Assembly (NCBI GenBank): GCA_039195965.1
Contig: JBCCVB010000012.1
Coordinates: forward strand, 1,172-65,171
Direction: 5' to 3'
Source: Pseudomonadota bacterium
GTDB taxonomy: Bacteria > Pseudomonadota > Alphaproteobacteria > Rhizobiales > Stappiaceae
DNA length: 64,000 nt
The notes beneath the pieces were generated by a model. It made no database searches and was not told where the DNA came from. It saw only the letters and a list, made by a program, of their open reading frames with translations. Of this stretch, positions 1-9,637 are shown in pieces. Made by a program: the position numbers and the translations under genes. Within the stretch, counting starts at the first letter, position 1; the number at the start of each line of letters is the position of its first letter.

Positions 1-841
1 CCTGCACTTCAGCACACTGTTTTCGCGTCACTTTCTTCACCGGGAAGTCAGCCCCCACCACTTCCTTTAGAACGCGGAAAGTCATGATGTATTTTTTGTC
101 AGCGCTTTCGGTCAGGTCATTTCTGCGCGGATCTTTCAGGAAACGGTCAATGAGCGTCCCGACGGACACCAGCTCATCTCTGTCCATCTGAGGTTGCGCG
201 GCGAATGAGGCGATATCGGCAAACAACGGATCGAACGTGGTATCTCCGTGCCCTCCTCGAGCTCTTTCAAGCGTCCGTTGCGCGTGCTCCATCTCTGCCC
301 GCCTCACCAGCTCAATGAGCCGCCACCAATCGGCTTTGCGCTCTCCTATTGTAGGGATCGGAATGCCGGTTGATGTGTCGACTTTGGAAACAGGAACGAT
401 TTGCGGAAAGAAGTCCCGGGCAAGCGGTGTAACTAACTGCTCTAGAAATCCTGTCACCTGCGCTTGGTCGTCATAGGCATTTTGGAGACGTATCAAATAC
501 TCTTCAGTCTCATCGACATTTTCGCTCGGAGTGGAGCGCCCCTTTTGCTCTCTTTCCCAGAGCAACTTTTTTGCAACCAGGTGCAAATCCAGATCGGAGA
601 TCGGCCTGTCGAAAATCTTGTCTGAGGACTTCGGTTGGGTTTTTCCGGTCCTGAGTTCAGCAAAATAGGTGTCAGTAGCTGTCGCTGCTTCGCGTGCGAG
701 GCGTCTTGCCCGATGATAATCGGATGTTTTCAGCGCAATCCAGACTTCCTTCTTTTTTGCAACTGGGTGCAAATCCTTGGGCACAGCCCGCCTGTAATAG
801 TACTTCGTACCCTGCCGAGAGAGCCCATCAACCTTGCCCAC
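1..841 (-). CDS. DUF6538-domain site-specific integrase/tyrosine recombinase, N-terminal part (runs off the left edge)
   Basis: Manually translated open frame from GTG 841 to the window edge with no stop. It begins MGKVDGLSRQGTKYYYRRAVPKDLHPVAKKKEVWIALKTSD, a typical DUF6538 YYxRRxVPxDL...KE..LxT motif. It later has a core-binding-like segment (VGTLIDRFLKD...KYIMTFRVLKEVVG). It lies just downstream of a tRNA 3' end. The catalytic domain is outside the window. Confidence 0.8.
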   Translation of the reverse strand, partial: MGKVDGLSRQGTKYYYRRAVPKDLHPVAKKKEVWIALKTSDYHRARRLAREAATATDTYFAELRTGKTQPKSSDKIFDRPISDLDLHLVAKKLLWEREQKGRSTPSENVDETEEYLIRLQNAYDDQAQVTGFLEQLVTPLARDFFPQIVPVSKVDTSTGIPIPTIGERKADWWRLIELVRRAEMEHAQRTLERARGGHGDTTFDPLFADIASFAAQPQMDRDELVSVGTLIDRFLKDPRRNDLTESADKKYIMTFRVLKEVVGADFPVKKVTRKQCAEVQ

Positions 842-938
842 TCACACCCCCGTTTGTAGTAGAGACTTGGAGTAGAGTAGACAAAATAAGCCAATGATTA
901 TCAATAGCTTATTGATTCTTCAGAGAAAAAAGAGAGTG
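1..938. mobile_element. Probable boundary of an integrative element inserted at the 3' end of tRNA-Ile(CAT)
   Basis: Integrase directly downstream of the tRNA 3' end. Direct repeat G[T/G]AGTAGAG (856-864, 869-877) and inverted repeat ATCAATA-gct-TATTGAT (about 900-916) lie between them. The other end is not visible. Confidence 0.55.
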
Positions 939-1015
939 TGGTGGGCCCGGAGGGACTCGAACCCCCAACCAATCCGTTATGAGCGGACGGCTCTAACCAG
1001 TTGAGCTACAGGCCC
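939..1015 (-). tRNA. tRNA-Ile2 (anticodon CAT, lysidine-modified type)
   Basis: Reverse complement GGGCCTGTAGCTCAACTGGTTAGAGCCGTCCGCTCATAACGGATTGGTTGGGGGTTCGAGTCCCTCCGGGCCCACCA forms a full cloverleaf with encoded CCA. The GGGCC acceptor, A73 and CTCATAA loop resemble alphaproteobacterial Ile2 rather than Met tRNAs. Confidence 0.9.
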
Positions 1016-1249
1016 ACGGCGCAATGCCGGAAAAAGGCGGCAGCGGCGCGTTACGTTCCCTATACCACGGCAAAATTCCGGGGCAAGTGCTTTGAGACAG
1101 GAAGCTCAAAAAGGTCTTGGAAAGTTGCCGGAAGTCGTTCGAACCGTCGATGAAGCAATCCGTTTGTCAAAAACCAGTTCCGTTTGCGCTTCGCATAAGG
1201 TCTAAATGTCCATAACAACTTAGCGCCTGAATCACTTACCGGAGCCGCC

Positions 1250-2320
1250 ATGCGATCACCGCTTCTTTCCGTCACGTCGAGCGTGCTGCTTGTGTGTCTG
1301 ATCGGCTGGCTGCTGGTTGTGGGTCGGTCGCTTCTGCTGCCCTTCGTAATCGCCCTCATCGTCTGGTACATGATCAACTCGCTGGCGCATGTCTTTGAGC
1401 AGATCCCGATAGGCCGCTGGCGATTGCCAGGTTTCATTTCATTTTCCCTGGCGCTTCTTGCAATCTTCGCGGTTGCCACGGTGGTGCTCGACATCGTGAC
1501 GGTCAATCTCACCCAACTGGCTCAGGATGCGCCGACCTACCAGCGCCGGCTCGAAGAACTCTTCAACCAGGTTTCCTCTCACCTGAACCTGAACGACCCG
1601 GTGGAACTCAAGGATCTTTTCCCCGACTCGGTCGTTCCGCGCATGGTCACGGCGGGCGCCAGCGTGGTGACCGCTCTTGCCGGTTCTGCCAGCCTGGTCT
1701 TCATCTACGTGCTGTTTCTGGTGCTGGAGCAGTCGACATTCGACCGCAAGTTCGAACGTCTCTTTGCATCGCCGGAGCGGGCACAGGCCGCCTTTGCAAT
1801 CCGCGCGGAAATCAACCGCTCGATCATGCACTATTTTTCGATCAAGACCGCCGTCTCCGTGGCAACCGGTGCTTTGACAAGCCTGGTACTCATCGCCATA
1901 GGCCTTCCCTATGCAGCGCTGTTCGGTTTTATTGCATTCCTGTTGAACTACATTCCGACCATTGGCTCTCTGATCGGGGTCATTTTTCCCAGCCTGCTGG
2001 CCATTGTTTATTATGACAATCTGGCACCGTTCTTTGCCATTGCCACCGGTCTGGGCCTGATCCAGTTCACCGTCGGAAATCTGATCGAGCCCAGGTTGAT
2101 GGGCTCGAACCTCAATCTTTCCGGTCTGGTTATCATGCTTTCGCTGTCTTTCTGGGGCGCGGTCTGGGGTGTTGTCGGCATGGTCCTATGTGTGCCGCTG
2201 ACAGTGATGATCGTAATCGTCTGTGCTCGTTTCGAAAGCTCACGCGCGATCGCGGTCCTGCTGTCGGAAACAGGCGACGTTGGCTTCCCCACAGACGCTG
2301 AAAGCGAGAAGCAGAACTAG
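1250..2320 (+). CDS. AI-2E family transporter
   Basis: 356 aa, multi-TM, with motifs LNYIPTIGS and EPRLMGSNLNLS. Confidence 0.9.
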   Translation: MRSPLLSVTSSVLLVCLIGWLLVVGRSLLLPFVIALIVWYMINSLAHVFEQIPIGRWRLPGFISFSLALLAIFAVATVVLDIVTVNLTQLAQDAPTYQRRLEELFNQVSSHLNLNDPVELKDLFPDSVVPRMVTAGASVVTALAGSASLVFIYVLFLVLEQSTFDRKFERLFASPERAQAAFAIRAEINRSIMHYFSIKTAVSVATGALTSLVLIAIGLPYAALFGFIAFLLNYIPTIGSLIGVIFPSLLAIVYYDNLAPFFAIATGLGLIQFTVGNLIEPRLMGSNLNLSGLVIMLSLSFWGAVWGVVGMVLCVPLTVMIVIVCARFESSRAIAVLLSETGDVGFPTDAESEKQN

Positions 2321-2435
2321 CACTTTCCTTCAAGTCCTTGAAAATGAACGGAAGCTGAACCGGCAAGCCTTATCCCTGCCGCAATGGGAGATAATCTTCG
2401 CGGCAAACAACAAACAGTTGAAAAGGATTTATTCC

Positions 2436-3203
2436 ATGACATCCATTGTTTCTGTGTTGCCCGGCCGCCCCCTGTCGTTTGCCCGCAATGTTGCACTTGC
2501 CATCGGTCTTTCGGCCGCGATGTTGACCTCCGCTCCGGTGTTTGCCCAAAACCAGGCACCGATTGCAAGTATCGGCAGTATAACGATGGAAGGTCGAGGC
2601 ACCGTTTCCGTTGCACCCGACATGGCCGTCATCACGACGAATGTGGTCACAACAGCCAAGACAGCTGCCGAGGCGCTATCTGAAAACTCCGCGTCGATCA
2701 CTAAGGTCATCGATGCGATCAAAGGAGCGGGCATCGAAGCAAAGGACATACAGACACGCGGCTTCGGGATCTATCCGCGCTATGAACAGGTCAAGGGCGG
2801 GTCCAACCGCCAGCCCAACATCGTCGGATACGAAATCCGCAATGGAGTGGAAGTCAGTGTTCGGGACTTGACCAAGCTCGGAGGCCTTCTGACCCTGGTC
2901 GTAGAGAGCGGTGCAAATTCGGTGGACGGCATACGCTTTGAAGTAAGCGATCCCGAAAAGAAACTCGACGAAGCTCGCAAGAAGGCCGTTGAAGCAGCAC
3001 GTCACAAGGCGGAAATTTTTGCCAGCGCGGCAGGCGTTGAACTTGGAAACATCATGACGATCGCTGAAACCGGCACCCAGATGCCGCGCCCGCTGATGAT
3101 GCGTGCCGAAGGCATGATGATGGCAAAGGCAGATTCGGTGCCAATCGAAGCCGGAGAAGAAACCATCGGTGCGAACGTGACAATCCGCTGGTCGCTGAAG
3201 TAA
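2436..3203 (+). CDS. SIMPL (DUF541) domain periplasmic protein
   Basis: Signal peptide ending PVFAQ, then motifs GRGTVSVAPDMA and ARKKAVEAARHKAE. The start was moved from the ORF-track 2223 to ATG 2436. Confidence 0.85.
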   Translation: MTSIVSVLPGRPLSFARNVALAIGLSAAMLTSAPVFAQNQAPIASIGSITMEGRGTVSVAPDMAVITTNVVTTAKTAAEALSENSASITKVIDAIKGAGIEAKDIQTRGFGIYPRYEQVKGGSNRQPNIVGYEIRNGVEVSVRDLTKLGGLLTLVVESGANSVDGIRFEVSDPEKKLDEARKKAVEAARHKAEIFASAAGVELGNIMTIAETGTQMPRPLMMRAEGMMMAKADSVPIEAGEETIGANVTIRWSLK

Positions 3204-3272
3204 GTCATCGACAGTGGTCTTCAGGGGCAATGCGCCGTCATCGCCCCTGAGACCTGCTTGACTGGAGGGAAA

Positions 3273-4352
3273 CTAACCCCTGCCGAAGCTCTTGTTGTAC
3301 TTGGTGAGGAACAGGTCCAACCCCTTGATCTTGCTCGTAACCCAGTTACCTGTGGTGAATAGGATCAGGAAGGAGCTTCCCTTGCTAGGTCCGAGCGGCA
3401 GCAGGATCGGCGCCTTTTTCCACGGCATGTAGGGCTTCATGTCGACAAGAGATTTCCCTGCCAGAATGCCCTTTAATGTCTTTGCAAGCCAAGGTATTTG
3501 CCGGGTGATGCCAACAATGGTCATGGCGTCTCCATTTTCGGCAACATCTCCAGCCGCGAAGACGTTTTCCAGACTGGAAGGCCGCATCCAGCCATCCGTC
3601 GCAATGCGCCCTGCAGCCGTTTTGCGAACGTCGGGCAATGTCTCCAGAAGGGAAGTGTTTGCCTTCGATCCTATCGCGGGAAAAACGAGATCGGCTGTAA
3701 TGTTCTGTCCACTTTCCAGCTGCACCGTGCCTGCATATGGTTCACCGGTGATCTGAAGATTTTGAGCGCGCGCTCCAAAGATAATCTCGACACCGGCAGA
3801 TTTCAGTTTTGCTTCCAACGATCCGCCGAGCTTGCGAGGCATTTCGGGAAGGAGTGTCTTTTTGTCCGATATGAGCACGACTTTCTTTTCAGGCATCGCG
3901 TGAGCAATTTCACCCGCAAGCTCGATACCAACGGAACCGCTGCCAACTATGGCGATCGTTTGCGCCTGCAGCAGCTTTTCGTGCACTTGCCGGTTGGCCT
4001 GCTTCAACGCCTCGATGTCTCCTCCCACCGGCTTGAACGGAGAGGTGTGCGTCGAGCCCGTAGCCAGCACGATATAGTCCCCATCCACACGGCGACCGTC
4101 ATCCAGCGCGACCCCGGCATGATCGACTTCCGTTACGCGGCCACGAACGATTTGGCCTTTCGATAACAGTTTGTCATAGGGAATGAGCGCTCTATCCAGA
4201 AGCTCCGGCTTGACGACCGCACGGATCATGGCAGGTGCATGGACGAAGTGATCGGCCTGTTCGACGAGCGTGACATGCGCCTCTGTCTCCAGAGCCTTGG
4301 CGAGCTCAGCGCCAAGATAGCCTCCCCCCACAATGACGATGCGTTTTGACAT
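3273..4352 (-). CDS. NAD(P)/FAD-dependent oxidoreductase (AIFM2/FSP1-like pyridine nucleotide-disulfide family)
   Basis: Two Rossmann motifs (GGGYLG, GSGSVGIELAGE) and VFAAGD. No redox CxxC. Confidence 0.85.
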   Translation of the reverse strand: MSKRIVIVGGGYLGAELAKALETEAHVTLVEQADHFVHAPAMIRAVVKPELLDRALIPYDKLLSKGQIVRGRVTEVDHAGVALDDGRRVDGDYIVLATGSTHTSPFKPVGGDIEALKQANRQVHEKLLQAQTIAIVGSGSVGIELAGEIAHAMPEKKVVLISDKKTLLPEMPRKLGGSLEAKLKSAGVEIIFGARAQNLQITGEPYAGTVQLESGQNITADLVFPAIGSKANTSLLETLPDVRKTAAGRIATDGWMRPSSLENVFAAGDVAENGDAMTIVGITRQIPWLAKTLKGILAGKSLVDMKPYMPWKKAPILLPLGPSKGSSFLILFTTGNWVTSKIKGLDLFLTKYNKSFGRG

Positions 4353-4468
4353 ATTTTACCTTTCCGCTGCCTGTTGTATCAGGCGAATGGACATTTAATG
4401 ATCTTGTCCTATGTAAACATAGTCAGACAGAAAACAATAGACCATTGTCCATGGTTTGGAGCTTTTAA

Positions 4469-4810
4469 ATGAAAATCGGTGAACTCGCCGAAAGGTCAGG
4501 CGTTACCCGGGACACGATCCGCTTTTACGAACGCAATGGATTGATCCGGTCCCATCCGGGGCAAAGCGCTACTAACAATTACCGGGACTACCCGGAAGAC
4601 AATCTGTTCCAGCTCGAGTTTCTGACCAAGGCCCGGGACGCAGGAATGTCGATTTCCGACCTGCAGGACCTCGTCAACGCGACGAAGGGGTCGTGTGACA
4701 TGGACGCGGCAAAAGAAGTCATTGGTGCAAAGATCAGCGAGCTCAAGGAACGCGAGGAGCAAATCCGAAGTGTCGTGCTGTTTCTGGAGGAAAGTTTGCA
4801 GAAGCTGTAG
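4469..4810 (+). CDS. MerR family transcriptional regulator
   Basis: MKIGELAERSGVTRDTIRFYER...NNYRDY. Divergent from the oxidoreductase, with an ACCAT-N5-ATGGT dyad at 4441-4455. Confidence 0.9.
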   Translation: MKIGELAERSGVTRDTIRFYERNGLIRSHPGQSATNNYRDYPEDNLFQLEFLTKARDAGMSISDLQDLVNATKGSCDMDAAKEVIGAKISELKEREEQIRSVVLFLEESLQKL

Positions 4811-4894
4811 TCATATGCTGCTCACCCGAACCCGCGCCTGTAATTCGGCACGGGCATTGGACCGTTCTGCGCTAACGGCCTCTGCAAAAACGGC

Positions 4895-5773
4895 CTAGAA
4901 CCCTGTTGTATCCTTGTGCGGAGCATCAGCAAAAAAGCCGTCACTTGGGCTGAAGCGCAGTGGAATACCGAGTTCCTCGCTCCATTTTTCCGCAGCCTTC
5001 TCGAAAAAGTCCGATTTCTTCAAATCTTCATATGCATCGCGCCAGGTTTCCGCCAGTTGCGGGTTCGTCCCGTTGGATACCATCAGGAAAGAAGGAGATT
5101 GCCGAACGGTGAAGACGGAGGAAACAGAATCAGCCGGCAGCTCGAGATCCTGCAAAATGGCGGACGCCTGCAGGCGAGAGGTGACCCATAGGTCGACGCG
5201 TCCTGCCATCAGCATCTTGACACCGGTTTGCTGACTTTCGGTCTCCACTGTCTGGATGCCAGCCTTTTGCAACAGCCGGATCTGCCAAGAGCCCCGGACA
5301 CCTGCGACAATCAATTTTTGAGTCCTGACGGCATCAAGATCCTTTAATTGCCGCATCTCCCCTTTCTTGGCCATGAGGCTATGGGTCCACATGACCACGG
5401 GGCCGATAAACTGAAACCCCATGTCCAGTCGTTCCTGCGTTTGCCCTGCTGTAAACAACAGGACGTTCGGCTCAGACTTGGCAATCAGATATCCCCGCGC
5501 CCAGGGAATGACTTCAATCGGAGTTGAGATTTCCAGCTTCTCTTTCAGGGCTTCAACGACCTCAACACTTATGCCGGTCGGCACACCCTTTTCGTCCAGA
5601 AAGTTCGAAGGCGGCCACGGCGACGTAACCAAGCGCATTTCTTGCGCATGGATCGTCCCTCCCCCGACAAACGTTCCCCAGAAAACAAGAATCAGAAACA
5701 GGCTGAGATAGAGAAAATTGCGTCGACCGTCCGTCAATTGTTTGCCGCGCATCCCATATTCCGCCAGATTCAT
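4895..5773 (-). CDS. Periplasmic substrate-binding protein (ABC family 3-like)
   Basis: Hydrophobic signal region, then WPPSNF...GISVEVV and PWARGY...LFTAGQTQER. Start uncertain (5773 or 5752). Confidence 0.8.
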   Translation of the reverse strand: MNLAEYGMRGKQLTDGRRNFLYLSLFLILVFWGTFVGGGTIHAQEMRLVTSPWPPSNFLDEKGVPTGISVEVVEALKEKLEISTPIEVIPWARGYLIAKSEPNVLLFTAGQTQERLDMGFQFIGPVVMWTHSLMAKKGEMRQLKDLDAVRTQKLIVAGVRGSWQIRLLQKAGIQTVETESQQTGVKMLMAGRVDLWVTSRLQASAILQDLELPADSVSSVFTVRQSPSFLMVSNGTNPQLAETWRDAYEDLKKSDFFEKAAEKWSEELGIPLRFSPSDGFFADAPHKDTTGF

Positions 5774-6017
5774 TTTGTGGACCCCTCCAAAGCCAGCAGG
5801 ATTGGAGGATGATAGCGTCAAACATTGGTCTGTCACTTGAAATAACGCGCTCATGAAGTTTAGACGGCTGCCTTTTGTTGAAAAATTGGAACAATCAACC
5901 AACCTGAAACTCCATGGACCTGAAAGCCACTGCCCGGCTTTCTCCGGCTCATTCGCTTGACGCCTTTGAAATTCTCATAATTTCAGGGAACCCAGCTCAC
6001 GCCGGCGAAAAAACCGA

Positions 6018-6620
6018 TCACAGCTTGCGATACCAAACCTGCATTGGCTTCTCGGTTTCCTCATCCTGGCCGACGTCCTGCCATGGAAACGTCACGACAA
6101 CGTCCTGCAACTTTTCATAACCTCGCTTGCGCCAGAACGGATCCAGCGGCCGGTAGTCCGACGGCCGCATTGGATGGTCGTCCGGTCGAATGACAGCGCA
6201 AAACACAGCTTGGGAAAACCCCAACCTTCTGGCGTGAGCCTCTCGTTCTTCAAAGAACCTGTGACCGATCCCCTGACCACGATAAGCCGGATCAAGAACT
6301 GACTCCGCGAGGTAGAAGATATCTGCGGGGTCAAAGCCGCGTTCTTCAAGCGGCGAACGGAACGCCTCAAATTCATCACCCAGAGGCTCACCCGTTGCGG
6401 CACCGACAAGCTGTCCCCGATCGTAGGCTCCCACGATCAACGCCCCTTCCGTTTCAGCGTAGCGCTGCAGATATTTCTCCTCGTAGGCCATGGACCCTTC
6501 GTAGAGATACGGCCAATCCCTGAAGACCTCGATCCTGAGCCTGGCGAGGTCGTTCAGGGCCGCTTTCAACTCTTCGCCCGTTAAGCTTTTGATTTCCACC
6601 GGCACGGCTAACCCTCTCAT
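6018..6620 (-). CDS. GNAT family N-acetyltransferase
   Basis: LARLRIEVFRDWPYLYEG and acetyl-CoA motif YRGQGIGHRF. Confidence 0.85.
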   Translation of the reverse strand: MRGLAVPVEIKSLTGEELKAALNDLARLRIEVFRDWPYLYEGSMAYEEKYLQRYAETEGALIVGAYDRGQLVGAATGEPLGDEFEAFRSPLEERGFDPADIFYLAESVLDPAYRGQGIGHRFFEEREAHARRLGFSQAVFCAVIRPDDHPMRPSDYRPLDPFWRKRGYEKLQDVVVTFPWQDVGQDEETEKPMQVWYRKL

Positions 6621-6789
6621 TTGGCGAACTGTTTTGCTTTCCGGTTAGGCCCCGGCTTGCAAATGATGGCTGACAAGCAAAATTTGTAGAAAGATTTTGC
6701 AGATTTCCCATTGAGATTAAACACTTCTTTCTGTAAGGAGTGCGCTCCGGAAATAACACCGGGTACATCTGCTGGTTTGGGAGAGCGAT

Positions 6790-7347
6790 ATGGAAAGCAA
6801 CGCCCTCTTCGAACTGGGGATGGACTTGGAGGCTCGTGTAGCAGAAGACGCAAATTGCGTTGCCGAGCCAAGAAGCACCACCCAGAAGGAAGAAAACGTT
6901 TCGACCGCGGCCGCTGGCGTTTATGCAGACGACCGCTTGGATCACTTCATTCAAAAGGAAGGGGTCCACTGCGCTGGTGCGCATTTGATCATTGACCTTT
7001 ATGATGCTGAAAAGCTGGACGACCTGCCTCATGTTGAGCAGGCGTTGCGCACATGTGTGGAAGAAGCCGGGGCAACGCTGCTTCACATCCATTTGCATCC
7101 GTTCGAACCGACGGGTGTTTCGGGTGTAGCGGTGCTCGCGGAAAGCCACATTTCCGTGCACACCTGGCCGGAAGCCGGTTACGCTGCTTTTGACGTATTC
7201 ATGTGCGGCGACGCACAGCCAGAAAAATGCGTCGAAGTGCTGCGCAGGGCTTTCAACCCGGGCAAGACGGCAGTGTCTGAACTGCTTCGCGGTCGCGAAG
7301 TAGCCAATCAGCTGTCCAAGCCGCACACCATGGAAGCAGCGGAATGA
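6790..7347 (+). CDS. speD: S-adenosylmethionine decarboxylase proenzyme
   Basis: GAHLIIDLY, GVSGVAVLAESHISVHTWPE with the ES|H pyruvoyl cleavage site, and DVFMCG. Confidence 0.95.
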   Translation: MESNALFELGMDLEARVAEDANCVAEPRSTTQKEENVSTAAAGVYADDRLDHFIQKEGVHCAGAHLIIDLYDAEKLDDLPHVEQALRTCVEEAGATLLHIHLHPFEPTGVSGVAVLAESHISVHTWPEAGYAAFDVFMCGDAQPEKCVEVLRRAFNPGKTAVSELLRGREVANQLSKPHTMEAAE

Positions 7348-8216
7348 GTGAAGGCCTGAATTTCAACGAAACCCTCTATCCGGGGGTACAGGTCAGCTAC
7401 AGCTGCGACGAAATCCTCTATCAGGAAAAAACGGAGCATCAGGATCTGGTGCTCTTCTCAAACCCTGTCTTCGGCAAGGTTCTGATGTTGGATGGCGTGA
7501 CCCAGGTCACCACCGCTGATGAGTTCATCTACCATGAGATGATGTCTCATGTGCCGATCCTGGCTCACGGTGCTGCAAAGAACGTGCTGATCGTTGGTGG
7601 CGGCGATTGCGGGCTGGCTGAAGAAGTGTTGAAACATGCTTCGGTTGAAAAGCTGGTCCAGGTGGAAATCGACGCTTCGGTCGTTGAGTTTTCAAAAGAA
7701 CACTTCGGTGATTTCAACCAGGGTGTTCTGGATGATGCACGCTTTGAACTGGTGATTGCCGACGGCATGAAATTCGCAGCCGAAACGGAGCGCCGTTTCG
7801 ATGTGGTGATTGTCGACAGCACCGATCCGCATGGTCCTGGTGCAGTGCTCTTTTCAGAAGAGTTCTACCGCAATGTCCACCGCATGCTGACACCTGGCGG
7901 CGTGTTGGTGACGCAGAATGGTGTCCCGTTCCTTCAAAAGGAAGAACTTGTCACCAGCGTCAAACGCTTCTCGCGCATCTTCAAGGACGCCGCAGCATAC
8001 ATTGCCGCGATCCCGACCTATTTCGGCGGCCACATGACGCTTGGCTGGGCAACGGACAATCCGGAGCTTCGCAGGCAGGCCGTGCAGGTTCTGGAGCAGC
8101 GCTTCGCGGATGCAGGGTTTGAAACCCGCTACTACACGCCGGAAGTCCATGCGGCAGCCTTTGCATTGCCGAGGTTTATTCTGGATGCCGTTGAAGAAGG
8201 CCGCGCCAAGGCATAA
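7344..8216 (+). CDS. speE: Polyamine aminopropyltransferase (spermidine synthase)
   Basis: LDGVTQVTTADEFIYHEMM, VLIVGGGDCG and DVVIVDSTDP. ATGA overlap with speD. Confidence 0.95.
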   Translation: MSEGLNFNETLYPGVQVSYSCDEILYQEKTEHQDLVLFSNPVFGKVLMLDGVTQVTTADEFIYHEMMSHVPILAHGAAKNVLIVGGGDCGLAEEVLKHASVEKLVQVEIDASVVEFSKEHFGDFNQGVLDDARFELVIADGMKFAAETERRFDVVIVDSTDPHGPGAVLFSEEFYRNVHRMLTPGGVLVTQNGVPFLQKEELVTSVKRFSRIFKDAAAYIAAIPTYFGGHMTLGWATDNPELRRQAVQVLEQRFADAGFETRYYTPEVHAAAFALPRFILDAVEEGRAKA

Positions 8217-8359
8217 CGGCATCCGTCGAACCAAGATTAGATGCAGCCCGCGCACAATAGTGCGGGCTACACATTTACGTTAACTCCCAATTTTCTCTCT
8301 ACATTTTCCTCCAAATTGCTAGAGTGCAGCGAACGCCTGAAGTCTGAATTGAGGTTCGC

Positions 8360-9637
8360 GTGCCTGGCACCACCGACAATGATACCGGAGCATTTGCGAT
8401 CTCTTCCTCAGCTCCGGAACGCACGCCGGATGTGATCACGGCGCTTGATGTCCTGATCAATGAGCAGGCCTTCAAGAGCGGTGTCGGCCGTTGGGATTTT
8501 TTGCGATCCCTGAATGAGATTGACGCGAGCCACTGGGCAAAGATCCTGAAGGGCAACGCGCGCTTGACCCCGGGAAAATTCCGGCTCCTGAACAAGGCGC
8601 TGAGCGAGAACAAGGCCCAGGCAGACCACCTCAGTGAGCTCTACAACAGCTACTATTCCAGTTTTAAGCGCTCATCGGGCAAGCGTTCCCGAAAGGAAAA
8701 ACCGGATGACCTGACCGGTGGACTCGAGCAGCTTCTCGAAAAGCTTGCGGTGCGTCGCGAAGACTTACGGGAAAGCCTGGTCTTTCAGAGTACAATCCGG
8801 CAAGCGATCCGCCTTCCAAGATCTTCCGGAAATTTCGCTGAAGCCAAACGTAATGGCCGCGTTCTGGTGCACGGTCTGCACAACAACCTGTACCGCGTAA
8901 ATTCCGACAAGGTCGAAGAAGAGGTGATCGACCTGATGACCGCGCTTTGTTACGCGGCCTATCAGACTGCGGATGCAGATCTTTTCAGTTGCGTCGTGAA
9001 GAATTGTCACCTGCCGGGCCAACCGGAAAAGACAACTTGCTTCATCAAGGCCGCCCAATTGCACCTGCAACGTCGGTTCAACGAAGTTTTCCTCGGGGCA
9101 CCGATCGAGCAGCTGCTTGACCTGCAGTCCGAAGCCAGGTCCCTGGCGGAAGACTTTCAGGAAAGCAGCGAAGAACGACTGCCAATGGCCGTCATGATCA
9201 AGCAGAATTTCAGCCGCCTGTTTCTTCAGACCGGCGAGGCGCTTCAACGCGACCGCATCACTCTGCAGCTAGCCGTTGAATCCAGCGACAGGGACGGCGA
9301 CAGATTCACGGAATTCCAGGCCCTGTGCCGGGCTTACCTGGCAAAGTGGTATCTGGTCAGCGGAGACCTCGACACCGCCCAAACCATTCTGGCAGACGCA
9401 ATCTCAAGGCTGGACAGAAAGCTCGGCAAATTTCACTGGGCCAGGGCATGTGTAAGGGAGTATCAGGCAGAGTGCATCCTGCAGCAGATCAAACTCACTT
9501 CGCCGTCCGAGGATCTCGCCGAGTCCTGCCTCGGGTACCTCAATGACGCTCTGGCAAACATGCGGGTTTGCGAAAACGTCGTCCAGACAAAGCTTCTGGA
9601 AAGCAAAGCTGCACAGGTTCAGAACCTTTTGATCTAA
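8360..9637 (+). CDS. Hypothetical protein; possible N-terminal XRE-like HTH and C-terminal helical (TPR-like) repeats
   Basis: 425-codon ORF filling an otherwise empty gap and followed by a plus-strand terminator. Domain calls are by eye only. Confidence 0.6.
   Translation: MPGTTDNDTGAFAISSSAPERTPDVITALDVLINEQAFKSGVGRWDFLRSLNEIDASHWAKILKGNARLTPGKFRLLNKALSENKAQADHLSELYNSYYSSFKRSSGKRSRKEKPDDLTGGLEQLLEKLAVRREDLRESLVFQSTIRQAIRLPRSSGNFAEAKRNGRVLVHGLHNNLYRVNSDKVEEEVIDLMTALCYAAYQTADADLFSCVVKNCHLPGQPEKTTCFIKAAQLHLQRRFNEVFLGAPIEQLLDLQSEARSLAEDFQESSEERLPMAVMIKQNFSRLFLQTGEALQRDRITLQLAVESSDRDGDRFTEFQALCRAYLAKWYLVSGDLDTAQTILADAISRLDRKLGKFHWARACVREYQAECILQQIKLTSPSEDLAESCLGYLNDALANMRVCENVVQTKLLESKAAQVQNLLI

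Noticed and set aside
939-1015. tRNA-Met call for the CAT-anticodon tRNA
   Set aside because: The body sequence resembles the Ile2 class. It lacks the initiator features (C1:A72 mismatch, three G:C pairs in the anticodon stem).
1069-1081. 13-bp identity (CCGGAATTTTGCC) between the tRNA promoter region and about 9683-9695
   Set aside because: A single short match in 64 kb with no supporting context is plausibly chance.
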